Origin: Octopus vulgaris
Lineage: Eukaryota
Direction: 5' to 3'
Length of the DNA: 64,000 nt
NCBI GenBank assembly: GCA_951406725.2
Contig: OX597820.1
Coordinates: forward strand, 5,146,001 to 5,210,000
In this document: one piece after another, positions 29,949 through 44,950 of the stretch
Numbering within the stretch: position 1 is the stretch's first letter
How the letters are laid out: each line of letters begins with the position of its first letter
Position numbers and translations under genes: made by a program
The notes under the pieces: model-generated
Told to the model about the DNA's origin: nothing
What the model saw: only the letters and a program-made list of their open reading frames with translations
Databases searched by the model: none

Positions 29949-31002
29949 TAACGTATATATACATATATATATGAATATATGTATATATATGTATATATAT
30001 GTATGCATATATGTATATATATATGTATGTGTATATATATATATATATATATATACATACATGCATATGTATAGATATACGTATGTGTATATATTTATAT
30101 GTATATATATATGTATATGTGTGTGTGTGTGTGTGGAGAGAGGGGGGTAGGAAGCGGGGGTCATATCTATCAGAGTAACCTTCACCTAACCTAGTCAACT
30201 TAAACAAACAAACAACACCAATATGAGCAACAACAACCACAACAAGAACAACAACAACCACAACAACAACACAACAACAACAACCACAACAACAACGTAA
30301 GCAGCAGCAGCAGCAACCAGCGCAACGCAAACCACGAAGACGAAGAAGCTAAGATGGCAGCTATGAGTTTTTGCTGATAATGGAGTCTAAAGTACATAAT
30401 AATTGTATGATAGATATAATAGTGTTTGTAGTGGGAAGTGGTGGTGGTGGGAAGAGGAAGTGTGTGTGTGTGTGTGTGGAGTAGAGGAGGAAGAGAGGGG
30501 AAAAGGGAGGAGGGAGGGCGGGAGGGAGGGAGGTGATTATAGAGGATAAAGAAAAGAGAATTTCACTTCGGTTTCGCTGACTTTTTACCGGCCCCGTATG
30601 CTTCTCCTTGTCTTCGTTATCTGTTCGGTTCACACGCGTTCTTTCACTGTGAAACATTTAAGGAAGAGGAAGACCTGCACACACATGTACGTATAATGCC
30701 AGCAATACGCCTGGCTCTATACATGTGTGTGTGTGTGTGAGTGTGAGTGTGCGATTGTTTGTCTATATATATATATGTATATGTAAACTCACACATACAT
30801 ATGTGTACATTGTATGTAGGTTTGGGATTGTTTGTGTGTATGCATAAGGTTGTGAGTGTATATGTATGTGTATGTGTATGTGTAAGCCTATATCAATTTC
30901 ATTTTTGTGTATATTCTTTTTACGTTTATTTCTGTTTTGGGGGAGTGGCGGAGCCTTATTTCAGCCTTTCCTTTATTAATACACACATATATACATGCAT
31001 AC

Positions 31003-31048
<46 letters not shown>

Positions 31049-31153
31049 GTACATATATACATGCATACATGGATACATACATACATACATACATACATAC
31101 ATGCATACATACATACATACATACATACATACATGCATACATACATACATACA

Positions 31154-31189
<36 letters not shown>

Positions 31190-31481
31190 TATATGTATAA
31201 ATATATATATGTATATATATACATATATGTTCTTATGAAATATGTATGTACACACAAACACACACACACACACACATACATATATATGCTATCTGTGTAT
31301 GTGTACGTATGTGTGTGATGAAACATCTGAAGCATACGAACAGATACACATACACACAGACACACGCAGACACACACAGGCACGCACACATAGACACACC
31401 CATTCACACCCATATATATTCATATACATTTATCTGTGTATTTCTCTACTTATGTGTACATATATGTATGTACATGCTGGA

Positions 31482-31517
<36 letters not shown>

Positions 31518-31727
31518 AAGAGAGAGAGAGCGAGAGAGGGAGGGGTGTGGTGGAAATAGGGATTCATGGACAGATGTATGTAGATAAATAGATATATCTA
31601 TTGATAAGTGTATATACATCTCTATGTAACAGAATATCTGAGGTTGTAATACGAGCGGTTTAATAAGAAGGTGAGAACAAGGCCTGGGGAGAAAGCAGGG
31701 GTTTGAAACACAGTCAGACATAAACAC

Positions 31728-31775
<48 letters not shown>

Positions 31776-31994
31776 GAAACATATATACACACATTTTCAT
31801 AAGTGTAGCAGCACAATACAGGCGCACAATGCGTTCACAATTAAAAATAATTACCCATAATACAATGCATGAACTTAGATTTAAATTTTACAATATTCGC
31901 CGTCATGAGTTTTTGGGTTTCAACATGTAGTTTATAGAGGAAATACTTTACGTTGTAGCATTCTCACTCTTCCCCTTGTCTCTCTCTCTCTCTT

Positions 31995-32027
<33 letters not shown>

Positions 32028-32059
32028 ATGTAAGGCAATATATACATATATACATACAC

Positions 32060-32490
32060 ACATATTCTACCCTGATTACAGGTTCAGGTTTATACCTGTA
32101 ATTATTGGGGCACTAGGATATGTTATAAACTGCCTATGCACCAATCTTGAGAAATTAGGCTTTTCAGAAACGAAAGGGAGAAAGTTAATTCATTAATGGA
32201 CTAATATAAATCTGTAAAACTTTCCGGAAGTTTAGTATTTAAGTATTATGCACATGTCTGGACATGCAACTATATGCATAAGAATACATACCTAAAATAT
32301 AATATGCAAATCTGCACGTGCACTGACACCAAATACTGCTGGCATGCACAAGAACTTGCAAAAATACCCTGTTGATGTTGAAATTCTAATGATGGAGTCT
32401 TGGATTTAAGTCAGAGGCCGGCTCTTTCTCTAATGGCAAGAAATCTTGAAATAAAACTGAATAAAGCACACACATACATACATGTGCATA
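32060..32490 (+). pseudogene. RLE-type LINE 3' end plus 3' UTR
   Basis: FYPDYRFRFIPVIIGALGYVINCLCTNLEKLGF; AATAAA and CA/TACA tail. Confidence 0.7.
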
Positions 32491-33201
32491 ACTGCACTCG
32501 TTCTCCCACAAGCAGTAGACATTTAATTAGCCATAGTTGCATATATTTCCTCTGTGAAGAGGTAATCAAACCATTGTTTACTTAGACGCCTCAACTCCGC
32601 TTCAAACAACAAGATTTCTCGTTGCGATTCGTGCCTGAAATTTTCTGTAAATTTTACTCACTCAATTTTCAATGTTTCAAAATTAATTTTAGCTTCACGA
32701 TCTACAATCCCAGATTCCAAATCCCATTTTTGTTTAGATGACCCCCACCAAAATAACCACCAAATTTCCAAATCCCTTACTTCATGGATAATTATCATAA
32801 ACTAGAATCTCAGATTTTCAAAGCCTTATTTTTTTGTTTTTTATGATTTTCGTAAAAACAAAAAAATAAATAAAACGATCTCAGATTCTCAAGTCCTTTA
32901 GTTTAGAGGTAAATTCACCCCCAACATGAAGTTCCACAGCCCAAACCTTGCTGTCTGCCTACTCACAAAAATATTAGCTACAAATTTTGACACAAGATCA
33001 GCAATTTGACGATTACATTAACCCCAAGAACTTTGCTCGAAACGTAAAAACCACTTTTCTTTCCTTCCCTGAGCGTCTGCTAATACTTTACATGTACCAC
33101 GTCCTCACGTTGTTGTTTTTTTTGTGTTTGTTCTTCTTTTTTTGGGGGGGAGGGGTTACTATATATATGTGTGTGTATATATATCTATGTATATATATAT
33201 G

Positions 33202-33232
<31 letters not shown>

Positions 33233-33247
33233 GTATATATATATGTA

Positions 33248-33310
<63 letters not shown>

Positions 33311-33442
33311 TAGAGGGAACCCACTATGTGGACACCCTTATTATAGAAATAGATCCGCTATGGTCTTACCACTGGTGAGAAATCGATGTTAATTAACTTA
33401 ATATCTAATTTCTCACCGTCATTTAAAATTTAAATGTATATA

Positions 33443-33527
<85 letters not shown>

Positions 33528-33808
33528 ATATATATATGTATATATATATGTATGTATATATATATAACTGTATGTATATATGCACATCTATTGAGAGGTT
33601 TTATTATTCTTTGCTCGCTATCTTATTTGAAACAAATTACTTAACGTTACATGCTGCGAGGATGATATTTGACCGAGCTCAGCGCAGGTTGTCCTTATCT
33701 TACTTGGCGATCGGTTGCCGAGTCAAATAACTAAGATTTCGACTCAGTTGGTTTCAATATCTTCTTCTCAGCATGAAACTTTAAGTAATTTGTTGCAAAT
33801 ACAACACA

Positions 33809-33858
<50 letters not shown>

Positions 33859-33935
33859 AAGCTTTATGAAAATAGACAAAAGACGAAGGCAGGTGGAAAA
33901 CATATATATATATATATAATATATATATATATATA

Positions 33936-33995
33936 TAGTGGTTAGGATTGCTGGGTTTCACCCAGGTGGCCCAGGTTCCATTCCCGGCATGGGAA
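33936..33995 (+). pseudogene. tRNA-Glu(TTC)-derived sequence, 5'-truncated; probably a SINE head
   Basis: TAGTGGTTAGGATTgCTGGgTTTCACCCAGGtGGCCCaGGTTCcAtTCCCGGcATGGGAA closely resembles eukaryotic tRNA-Glu; 5' acceptor strand replaced by (TA)n; followed by the cggtgctccagcatgg SINE tail. Confidence 0.8.
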
Positions 33996-34059
33996 CGGCA
34001 TTATTGTTCACAGACGGTGCTCCAGCATGGTCATAGCCGTAAAGTTGAAGCATATAAGA

Positions 34060-34705
34060 GAATAACATACATACATGCACACATGCCTACATATATCCAT
34101 GCATACATACATACATAAATACATACATACATACATACATACATACATACATGCACACATGCATACATACATCCATGCATGCATACATACATACATACAT
34201 ACATATATGCATACATACATACATGCATACATAAATTCATACATACATACATACATGCATACATACATACATGCATGCATGCATACATATATGCATACAT
34301 ACATACATGCATACATGTATTCATACATGCATACATACATACATGCATACATACATACATGCATGCATGCATACATACATAGATACATGCATGCATGCAT
34401 ACATACATACATACACATACATACATACATACATTACATAAATACATACATACACATACATACATACATACGTACATACGTACACACATACATACATACG
34501 TACATACATACAAACGTACACACATACATACATACATACATACATACATACATACATACATACATACATACATACATACATACATACATACATACATACA
34601 TACATACATACATACATACATGCATACATACATACATACATACATGCATACATACATACATACATACATACATACATACACACATACATACATACATGTA
34701 TATAC
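34060..34705. repeat. Compound (TACA)n/(TGCA) microsatellite array
   Basis: Visible directly. Confidence 0.95.
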
Positions 34706-34744
34706 AACTTAGATAACTTAGATATGTTTTGATCAAAAATTGCT

Positions 34745-35450
34745 CCAGACGATGTCTAACGTAATAGCACCACGTGATAGGATTAGCTAAATCCTTTTAA
34801 AGTCAAGTTCTGTGGTATCATGGCCTATTCGAGTATGGAGTTCTTGTTGAGTGAAATGCATCAAGGTATAGGTGGCTTGTCTGGTATTCCTTGAAGATTC
34901 CATTTTAAGGTAGTGGGATCCTTTTCCTCTTTGATCTATTTTTGGTACAATGTTAAATAGGGCAAGGCCTGTTGAGGGAAAGAAATTGTGTTGCAGTAAT
35001 TTTGTATTGGGTAAGGGATGTATGGGCCGTGGTCCTAACTTTGGATGAATTCTGAAACCAATGTTTAGGCCGTTTGGGCAATGCTGGTGGTATATTCTCC
35101 ACATCGTGCAAAACGATGTACCGCTCACGGCAGCGCTGGAGAGAGTAGTGTTTCAATGTTTTAAGGCGGTTCCAATAATCAAGATATGTCATGCCCTTAA
35201 TCCTATTAGTGAATGCCCTCTGGTGTTTCCAGTTTCCGAAATGTTTTGCTTTGTATGGGGAGACCACAGGGGCCAGCAGTATTCGAGGTTTGGCCGTACA
35301 AAGGAGGAGAAAAGAGGAATGATGATACCTTGTTCTCTGGAGCAGGAGGTTCTGAGGATCCATGAACTCGTTCTACGTGTTATACAGAGATTGTTGTCAA
35401 AAATTACTCCTAGGTCTCTGATATTATTAGGTGTTGTGAGTGGTTCCCCT
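34745..35450 (-). pseudogene. CR1/L2-group LINE 3' fragment, decayed
   Basis: RPNLEYC.P.WSP; QRAFTNRIKGMTYLDYWNRLKTLKHYSLQRCRER; GLALFNIVP, with frameshifts. Confidence 0.8.
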
Positions 35451-35483
35451 CAAGGAAGAGAATATGATTGACAGAAGAGAATA

Positions 35484-35518
35484 TGGATTTGGTAGACGGA
35501 AACTGAAAGAAGCCCGTC

Positions 35519-35592
<74 letters not shown>

Positions 35593-35780
35593 TATATATA
35601 TATGTATGTGGATGTGCATGTTTGTGTGTGTGTTTGTCCCCTCCAACATCGCCAAGAGATCGATAGAATAAGTACTAGGCTTACAAAGAATAAGTCCTGT
35701 GGTCGATTTCTTCGATTAAAAAGGCGGTGCTCCAGCATGACCGCAGTCAAATGACTGAAACAAGCAAAAGAATAAAAGAA
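35484..35780 (+). mobile_element. CORE-like SINE, 3' part
   Basis: ggatttggtagacggaaactgaaagaagcccgtcg + (TA)n + 3' module ending gactgaaacaagcaaaag. Confidence 0.75.
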
Positions 35781-36008
35781 AGAATATTTAAGAGACAATG
35801 TGGTTTACTGGAAGCTAAATGTACGGATATATGCGTATAATTTCGCTTCCAGTACAAAGTCTTGATTTACTGCAAGCCAAATATATAATAGTCTTGTATG
35901 TTTGTGTATTTAAACATCCGAGTAAATGCGAGCAGATGTCTGCATGGGTGAAAGAAGTAGAATCGGTGATTTACTCATTGAGTCTACCGCCATAATTACT
36001 CTCCTCGT

Positions 36009-36097
<89 letters not shown>

Positions 36098-36296
36098 TCA
36101 CACACACACACACGCACACACACACACACACACACACGCACTCACACACACACACACGCACACACACACGCACTCTCACACACACACACACACGCACTCA
36201 CACACACACATACACACACACACATACACACACACACACACACACACTCACACACACACACACACGCACTCTCACACACACACACACGCACTCACA

Positions 36297-36350
<54 letters not shown>

Positions 36351-36819
36351 CAGATATCTATTCAAGGAACTACCAATTTCGCCTTTTTCTCGTCATCTGT
36401 AATTCCTGCTGTAACCACTTTTTACATAAGTTGACACCAGATAAGTTATCACAATTTTTTCCGCTCTCGAAACTTATTCCTCGATTTTTTTTTTAAAGTT
36501 TATTTTATTTCAGTCATTACACAATGAAACACTAAGATCATGTTGTCACTTAAAGATACTCTAATTACACACCCTGTTTATTATTGTTGTTGTTATTATT
36601 ATTATTATTATTATTATCATTATTATTATTATTATATTTATTATTATTATTATTATTACTACCATTATCGTTATTATTAACACTAGATATTCTCCACTTT
36701 TGGTAAATATATCTACTTTGGCTAATTGTCCCCATCTTTATTTCCTTGCTTCTTTCTTTTTCTTTCTTTATTCTTTCTTCTTACTTTCTTTCCTTCCTCC
36801 TTCCTTCCTTCCTTCCTTC

Positions 36820-36857
<38 letters not shown>

Positions 36858-38037
36858 CTTCTTTATTTTTCGTTCTTTTCTGTCTTTATTTTTGGATATT
36901 TCGGGACGTTCAACTCTCTAAGAAAAAAAAGAGGAAAAAAAGAAATAAAAGGAAAATAAAACAAAAACAAAGCTATAACGGTTAAATGCGATGTTAAAAC
37001 AAGTCTACATGAATGGTTGGTGTTCTAGAAATTGCAGCCAATTCTCCCTCAAATCACGCCTTTTAATAAAACAGAAAGGCATATCACATGATGTAGTCCT
37101 AGGTGGATTATATAAAGAATAAGATGAGATAGTCACAACTGGAACGTTTTCTATCATGTCCCTGGGGGGTTCTGACTAAACAATAGCAACAACAATGGCA
37201 ACGACCAGGAATACCACCATCAGGAAGAAGAAGAAGAAGAAGAAGAAGAAGAAGAAGAAGAAGAAGAAGAAGAAGAAGAAGAAGAAGAAGAAGAAGAAGA
37301 AGGAGGAGGAGGTCAGTGTTGCTTCAGAAATGTTTGGCTGTCGAAGTAGTGACGACCTTCCGGGGCCCAGATGATATGTCGAGGATCCTTGGCATAACGA
37401 GTAGCGAAGATTGGGACCTCAAACTAACCGCCATGTCCTGGAACAAGACATCTTTAGGCTACTGAAATCATTATTCGGAACGTTCCACTCGTTGATGCTG
37501 CAGATGGGAGACGAGAATCTCATGCATGCCGGGATTGTGTGCAAGGGTGTAAAAGCTTTGTAAACTTCCTCTTAAAATTTCATCAATTCAACAGGCCCTG
37601 ATATGATTTCCTGAATATACCATTATGGACATGAATAAATCACATCAGCTTATCCAGATTATATCTCGAGTATTATTTGTTAGGCCCCTTGGAAAGGATG
37701 GATTAGGGTCGTCACGATTCTATTTAGGCGGATACCCAGACTACAACTTTCTGATTAGCACAGACAGGGCAGGAAGGGTTTTATCCCTCTTGAATCATAT
37801 AGACTCATAAAATCGGTTTCCCGATTTCTCAGACGCATATGTTTCCCCACAGGACGGGACGCCGGCCCATCTCACGATTACACATTTTCGCCCGCTGTTG
37901 CGCTGGATCAATGCGAAATGAAGTGCTTTGCTCAAGAACATTACTCATCACCCAGTCCAAGAATCGAAATCACAATTTCATGATCATAGTGAGTTCGACA
38001 CCCGTAACCACTAAGCACAGATAGGAACCCCTTTACT

Positions 38038-38274
38038 TTATAAGGCGGCGAGCTGGCAGACACGTTAGCACACCGGGTGAAATGCGTAGCCGTATTTCGT
38101 CTGCCGTTACGTTCTGAGTTCAAATTCCGCCGAGGTCGACTTTGTCTTTCATCCTTTCGGAGTCGATAAATTAAGTACCAGTTACGCACTGGGGTCGATG
38201 TAATCGACTTAATTCCTTTGTCTGTCCTTGTTTGTCCCCTCCATGTTTAGCTCCTTGTGGGCAATAAAGAAATA
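38038..38274 (+). mobile_element. Meta/MESC-type SINE, full length, 15-bp TSD
   Basis: TSD AGGAACCCCTTTACT at 38023-38037 and 38275-38289. Confidence 0.93.
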
Positions 38275-39308
38275 AGGAACCCCTTTACTGAAAGTCTAGT
38301 GCGTGTTTATGGTGTGGAAAATCTGCGGCGATCGAATTAGTGAAGTAGTAAGGCTGGAATTGACATCTGGTGCATCGTTAAAACCCGCGCCGGAACTCTT
38401 TAAAGATTTATACTAGAATACAATCGATAGACTATAAAGATAAATAGTAAGCGGAAAAGCAGATTAAACGAAGTAATTTACAGATTAAAAGGTGAAGGAT
38501 AATTAGATAAGGTTTGGGACCGAGATGAAAGTGAGGAACATTGCACTCACCATTCACTTCCTCGTGAAATACGAAGATTACGTTCTTTAACTTTGAAAAA
38601 GTACGCTCTCAAAGATGAGGGCACAAAAAACCATTCATTGGAAACGGGTGGATGAGATGTGTCATGTTGATAAAGCCACGGACCATGATGCGTTCATGCT
38701 ATTTGATTCCAGTCAGACGTGCAAATTTTCTCCAAACACGTTACCTAAGTAGTTGGGTCGGTGGTAAACCGGTGACGTTGGACTTTAATGTCTAACTTGC
38801 GGTTTGTAGTGGCTCTTGGCAGGGACGAAATGCTGTGTAAGCCAGTAACATCGTGTGAGATATAGACAACAGTTATTGATCGTGTGGGTGGTCAGCCGCC
38901 TCGTTTGAAGAGTCTACCTTTAGAAGCTTTATTGATATATATGTGAGATTTGTTTGACCGCCCCCTCTTGGCATGCATCGATCGCAATGGGCAACAGACG
39001 GCTTACTTGCCAGGGAATAATGTCCAGTAAGTTGTAATACTGATGCCAAGGGTGCAAGCAAGGAAGAGGAGAGAACTGGCCAAGGTATTTGGGAAGAGGT
39101 TATACTTGTTGGTGTTTAATGTGGGCGTGAAAGCGCAGATCAGTATGTCTGAGATGAAATCCATTCGCCACAACGCCGACCTTATTGGACACATTAAAGA
39201 GGCGGAGAGAAATAAACCTGGCTTCATGGTTTCATTCGGTGACTCATCCATTTAGATCAATCTAAAGTCTATCTGTCTGTCTGTCTGTCTGCCTACCTAC
39301 CTACGTAC

Positions 39309-39386
<78 letters not shown>

Positions 39387-39597
39387 CTTTTCTTTTGTTC
39401 CTTTTCCTTTTCTTTTTTTATTTTATTTTATTTTTTTGTTGTTCTTTTCTTCCCTTTTACGATCCCTCTTGATCGAAAACCTACGCCCCCCCCTTTTTTG
39501 TTGCTTTTGTTTTTTGTTTTTTTCATCCCCCAAAAGAAAAGCTCTACCTTGTAACTTGTCCCATCTGTGTGCAGCCCTGTGTGGCCAATAAAGAAAC

Positions 39598-39713
<116 letters not shown>

Positions 39714-40023
39714 ATTCTATCTATCTATATCTATCTTTCTGCATAATCACTCACACATAAACGTATACATACCAGAATGTTCTTTTGCAAACGTTTTCTA
39801 TTATTATTGCCTTTGAGACAAAACTACTTCTTTTTAAATATTCATATTTAATATTGTCTAATTTCAATATTAATAGAGCATTATTTTTCATCCTTTCGGG
39901 GGTAGATATGTACCCGATGAGCATTGGGTGGGGGTCGATGTAATCGAGTTACTGCCGTTTCCCCGAAATTGCGAGCCTTGTGCCAAAATTTCAGACTAAT
40001 AATGAATAGGGTATTTTATTAAG

Positions 40024-40115
<92 letters not shown>

Positions 40116-40266
40116 GAGTGGAATTAATGAATGTTGGCGAAATGAACCAAGTCTTAAGTATGCAGCTGTAGTTTGTCCTTAAGGACTCGGTAATTTTTGG
40201 TTTCGTGTGGGGTAAACCGAATCATCCTACATTTTGGGAGATGCTTTCTCCACTTATTTATTGTTA

Positions 40267-40324
<58 letters not shown>

Positions 40325-40727
40325 GCTTATAGCGTGTTTTCTTTTGTTTTGTTCTGCGCACTCTAAATCTCCCACTGACTTTCTATTTCAACCCCTCGTA
40401 TTGTTTGTCCGCATCAACTTGGATCCTTAAAGCCAATAAAATATATAATTATCATTAATCTTCTTCTTCTTCTTCTTCTTCTTCTTCTTCTTCTTCTTCT
40501 TCTTCTTCTTCTTCTTCTTCTTCTTCTTCTTCTTCTTCTTCCTTCTTCTTCCTTTTCTTCTTCTTCTTCTTCTTCTTCTTCTTCTTCTTCTTCTTCTTCT
40601 TCTTCTTCTTCTTCTTCTTCTTCTTCTTCTTCTTCTTCTTCTTCTTCTTCTTCTTCTTCTTCTTCTTCTTCTTCTTCTTTGTCTTCTTCTTCTTCTTGTT
40701 AATATCTTTATTATTATCATTGATGCC

Positions 40728-40801
<74 letters not shown>

Positions 40802-40806
<5 letters not shown>

Positions 40807-41089
40807 TAGTTTTATTTTTATAGCGTGCTTTCACTTCACTACCGAGCGCAGCTCTGTGTGCCTTGGGTATGTGCTGTGATTTGTTGTGATGCTCTGATGG
40901 TTATTGTATGGAAAGTGTTCTGCGTAGGAAGTGTGCAGTGCCTAGTAGTGCAATTTTCTGTATGTTATATGTGTTTGTAAGTCCTGGTGTTTTTGTTATG
41001 TATTTGTCTGAATATTTTTTTATCATGCCTAATGCACCTACTATGATAGGAATTGTTTCTGTTTTTAGATTCCACATTCTAGTTACCTC
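40802..41089 (-). mobile_element. Dong/R4-like LINE 3' end (subfamily B)
   Basis: MWNLKTETIPIIVGALG...QKIALLGTAH; near-identical to 42238-42525; bounded by (TTA)n. Confidence 0.85.
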
Positions 41090-41097
41090 TTATTATT

Positions 41098-41198
<101 letters not shown>

Positions 41199-41211
41199 CA
41201 TTATTATTATT

Positions 41212-41702
41212 GTTCTATGTTTGACTTTTGCTTTACATTTGTACAAGTTGTCTCCAAGTCTCACCCAGAGACCTCAAGAGACAACAAGTTGGAAGTTCAT
41301 GTTTGTGTTATGCCTAGGGTGCCATATATTTGGTTTTGTACTTAGTGTTGTACTAGTGAATATCTAAAAAACCATAGGAAAATTATGTTTGTTTTAAAAC
41401 TTGAGATTACATAGAAAGTATTTTGCGTAGGATATGAGCAGTTCCCATGAGCACTATCTTTTGACTGTCTGCCATTTTGGGGTTTCTTGGTATTTGAGTT
41501 AGGTAGCAATCAGCCCCTTTTGCTATCATTCCCAGGGCACCTATGACAACAGGTATTGTTTTAGTCTTCAGGTTCCACATTTTGCTGATTTCTATTTCAA
41601 GATCTTTATATTTCTATTTCAAGATCTTTATATTTGCTCAGTTTTTGGTAGGTCTTGACAGATACGTTTATATCGATTGGGACAGTGATATCAATGAGGA
41701 GG

Positions 41703-41703
<1 letters not shown>
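41212..41703 (-). mobile_element. Dong/R4-like LINE 3' end (subfamily C)
   Basis: LIDITVPID...KLSKYKDLEIE...IPVVIGALG...QKIVLMGTAHILRK; distinct 3' UTR; bounded by (TTA)n. Confidence 0.8.
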
Positions 41704-41783
<80 letters not shown>

Positions 41784-42161
41784 ACCTTTGCTTGTAGTCC
41801 TTTCAAGTTTGATAAATTAAGTACCAGTCATATACTCCGGCAAGTGTGGGGGGAATTCAATGTAGTCGACTTACCCACCCACCTGAAATTGCTGGCCTTG
41901 TGCCGAAATTTGAAACCGATATTATTTCTATTATCATTATCATTTATACCATCTTTTGTAACTGTCATATATGCTCCTGTGGCAAATAGAAGTCATTATT
42001 ATGTTTAGTATTGTTAATATCACCATCAACATCATCATCGTCATCATCATTATTGATATAATTGTTTATTATTAATGTTAATAACGTTATTATTATTATT
42101 GTTATTTTCATATGCACTTAACAGATTAGATTTGGAAGAGAAAAGAATCCTAACATCGGGC

Positions 42162-42237
<76 letters not shown>

Positions 42238-42241
<4 letters not shown>

Positions 42242-42944
42242 TAGTTTTATTTTTATAGCGTGCTTTCACTTCACTACCGAGCGCAGCTATGTGTGCCTTG
42301 GGTATGTGCTGTGATTTGTTGTGATGCTCTGATGGTTACTGTATTGAAAGTGTTCTGCGTTGGATGTGTGCAGTGCCTAGTAGTGCAATTTTCTGTATGT
42401 TATATGTGTTTGTAAGTCCTGGTGTTTTTGTTATGTATTTGTCTGAATATTTTTTTATCATGCCTAATGCACCTACTATGATAGGAATTGTTTCTGTTTT
42501 CAGGTTCCACATTCTAGTTACCTCTATTTCCAGGTCTTTGTATTTTGAGAGTTTCTCCATTTCTTTTAGAGACACGTTGTCATCTGCCGGTATTGATACA
42601 TCAATTAGAAAGCATTTTTTTCTTCATGATCTCTGACAACTATATCTGGTCTTAATTTTCTATTTCTCTATCTGTGTGTATCGGCATATCCCAGAGTATG
42701 GTTGCTTTCTCGTTTTCTGTGACCTTTTCTGGTGTGTGCCTATACCATCTTTTTTCTGTTGTTATTCCATAATGTTGGCATAGCTTTCCAATGAATGTAG
42801 GTTCCAACTCTGTCATGTCTGTGAATATATTCCTTCTTAGCCAAGGACTGGGCAGCTAGAGATAATATGATTTATTGTTTCTTGTCCATCTCCACATATT
42901 CTGCAGTTACTTGTAATATTTCTTTTCATTACATGTTTTTGGTA

Positions 42945-42946
<2 letters not shown>
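42238..42946 (-). mobile_element. Dong/R4-like LINE 3' fragment (subfamily B): CCHC knuckle plus RLE
   Basis: CRICGDGQETINHIISSC; RPDIVV; LIDVSIP; KLSKYKDL; bounded by (TTA)n. Confidence 0.9.
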
Positions 42947-43019
<73 letters not shown>

Positions 43020-43091
43020 CATCCTTTTCTTTTATTTGTTTCAGTAATTTGACTGAAATGAGTGAAACAAGTAAAAGAGTATATATATATA

Positions 43092-43247
43092 CGACGGGAT
43101 TCTTTCAGTTTCCATCTACTAAATCCACTCACACGGCTTTGTTCGGCCCGAGGGTATAGTAGAAAGCACTTGATGAAGGTACCACGCAGTGGGACTGAAC
43201 CCGGAACCATGTGGTTGGTAAGCAAGCTACTTACCACACAGCCACTC
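43092..43247 (-). mobile_element. CORE-like tRNA-derived SINE
   Basis: Reverse complement of the 21640 family head/core. Confidence 0.8.
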
Positions 43248-43298
43248 CTACATACATACATACATTCATACATACCACACACCCGCTCCTGCGCCTAT

Positions 43299-43346
<48 letters not shown>

Positions 43347-43744
43347 GTTATTGTTATTATTACTATCATCATCATCGTCATCATCATTGGTGCTAGTAGT
43401 AGTAGTAGTAGTAGTAGTAGTAATATCGTTATTATTGTTATATTTATAGGGCAGCATAAAAAAATACACCCGCAGCGACATAACAGAGAGATCTGTAGTC
43501 TCGTCAGATATTTGGGCTGTCAACTTTCAAAGACACGGCCTAATCAAAGAAGACGAAACTTAGCGAAGCACGTAGCAGTCCTTCGCATTGCAACAAGAAT
43601 CTGTGTCTTGAGTATTTGGTTGGGAACATCTGTGAACACTTTACATCGCCAAATATATTGGCTTTTAAAAGAGTTGTTTCACTGAGACAACCCGCTGGTT
43701 GGAATATTCTCGGGAAAAATTTTATAAAGACGTTTGCGCATAGC

Positions 43745-43773
43745 AAACCACCACCACCACCACCACCACTACA

Positions 43774-43825
<52 letters not shown>

Positions 43826-43956
43826 TTACTATTACTACTACTAGCACCAAGGATAATAATATTAACAATAATGATAATAATAATAATAATGATAACAACA
43901 ACAATAACAACAGCAATAATAATAATAATAATAACAATAATAATAATAATAATAAC

Positions 43957-43991
<35 letters not shown>

Positions 43992-44025
43992 TAATGATAA
44001 TAATAATAATAATAACAACAACAAC

Positions 44026-44066
<41 letters not shown>

Positions 44067-44607
44067 CAACAACAACAACAATAATAATAACAATAATGAT
44101 AATAATAATAATGATAGTGATATTCTTGGCAATAATGGTGGTGATAAAATTATAGACAATAATAGGAGAGAAACGAAGAGAAGAATGCAAAGTATTTCTG
44201 ATTGTATATTCCAATACTGACATCCATTATTAAATAGCTGAAGAATAAATATAAGGAGGAGCTGCTGGAGGTGTGAGGACGATGACGGCGTCGACGGAAC
44301 CATCATCGCATTATTGCCATCTTTATCATCATCATCGTCATCATCGTCATCATCAGCGCGAGACAGTAACCGTCACCTACAACAGAGTGACAACAGTAAC
44401 AACTATACATTACAGACGAAAACTTAAGTTGATAGAGAAGAGAGAGAAAAGATAAAAATAATAATAATAACAATAATGATAATAATAATAATGATAATAA
44501 TGATAATAATAATAATGATAGTAATAATGATAGTAATAATAATAATAATGATGATAATAATAATAATAATAATAATAATGATAATAATAATAATAATGAT
44601 AATAATG

Positions 44608-44644
<37 letters not shown>

Positions 44645-44679
44645 TAGTAATAATGATAGTAATAATAATAATAATGATG

Positions 44680-44719
<40 letters not shown>

Positions 44720-44727
44720 TAATAATG

Positions 44728-44758
<31 letters not shown>

Positions 44759-44853
44759 TAGTAATAATGATAGTAATAATAATAATAATGATGATAATAA
44801 TAATAATAATAATAATGATAATAATAATAATAATGATAATAATAATAATAATG

Positions 44854-44917
<64 letters not shown>

Positions 44918-44950
44918 TGATGATGATGATGATGATGATGATAAATAATA
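43745..44950. repeat. Complex (TAA/TGA/CAA/CTA)n trinucleotide arrays
   Basis: Visible directly; interrupted by short unique stretches. Confidence 0.9.

Noticed and set aside
33936-33995. Functional tRNA-Glu gene
   Set aside because: 5' acceptor strand missing and T-loop altered (GGTTCCA)
38870-39255. Possible decayed APE endonuclease of a LINE on the minus strand (DRCMPRGGG...YI)
   Set aside because: Only one weak motif; cannot be supported without a profile search
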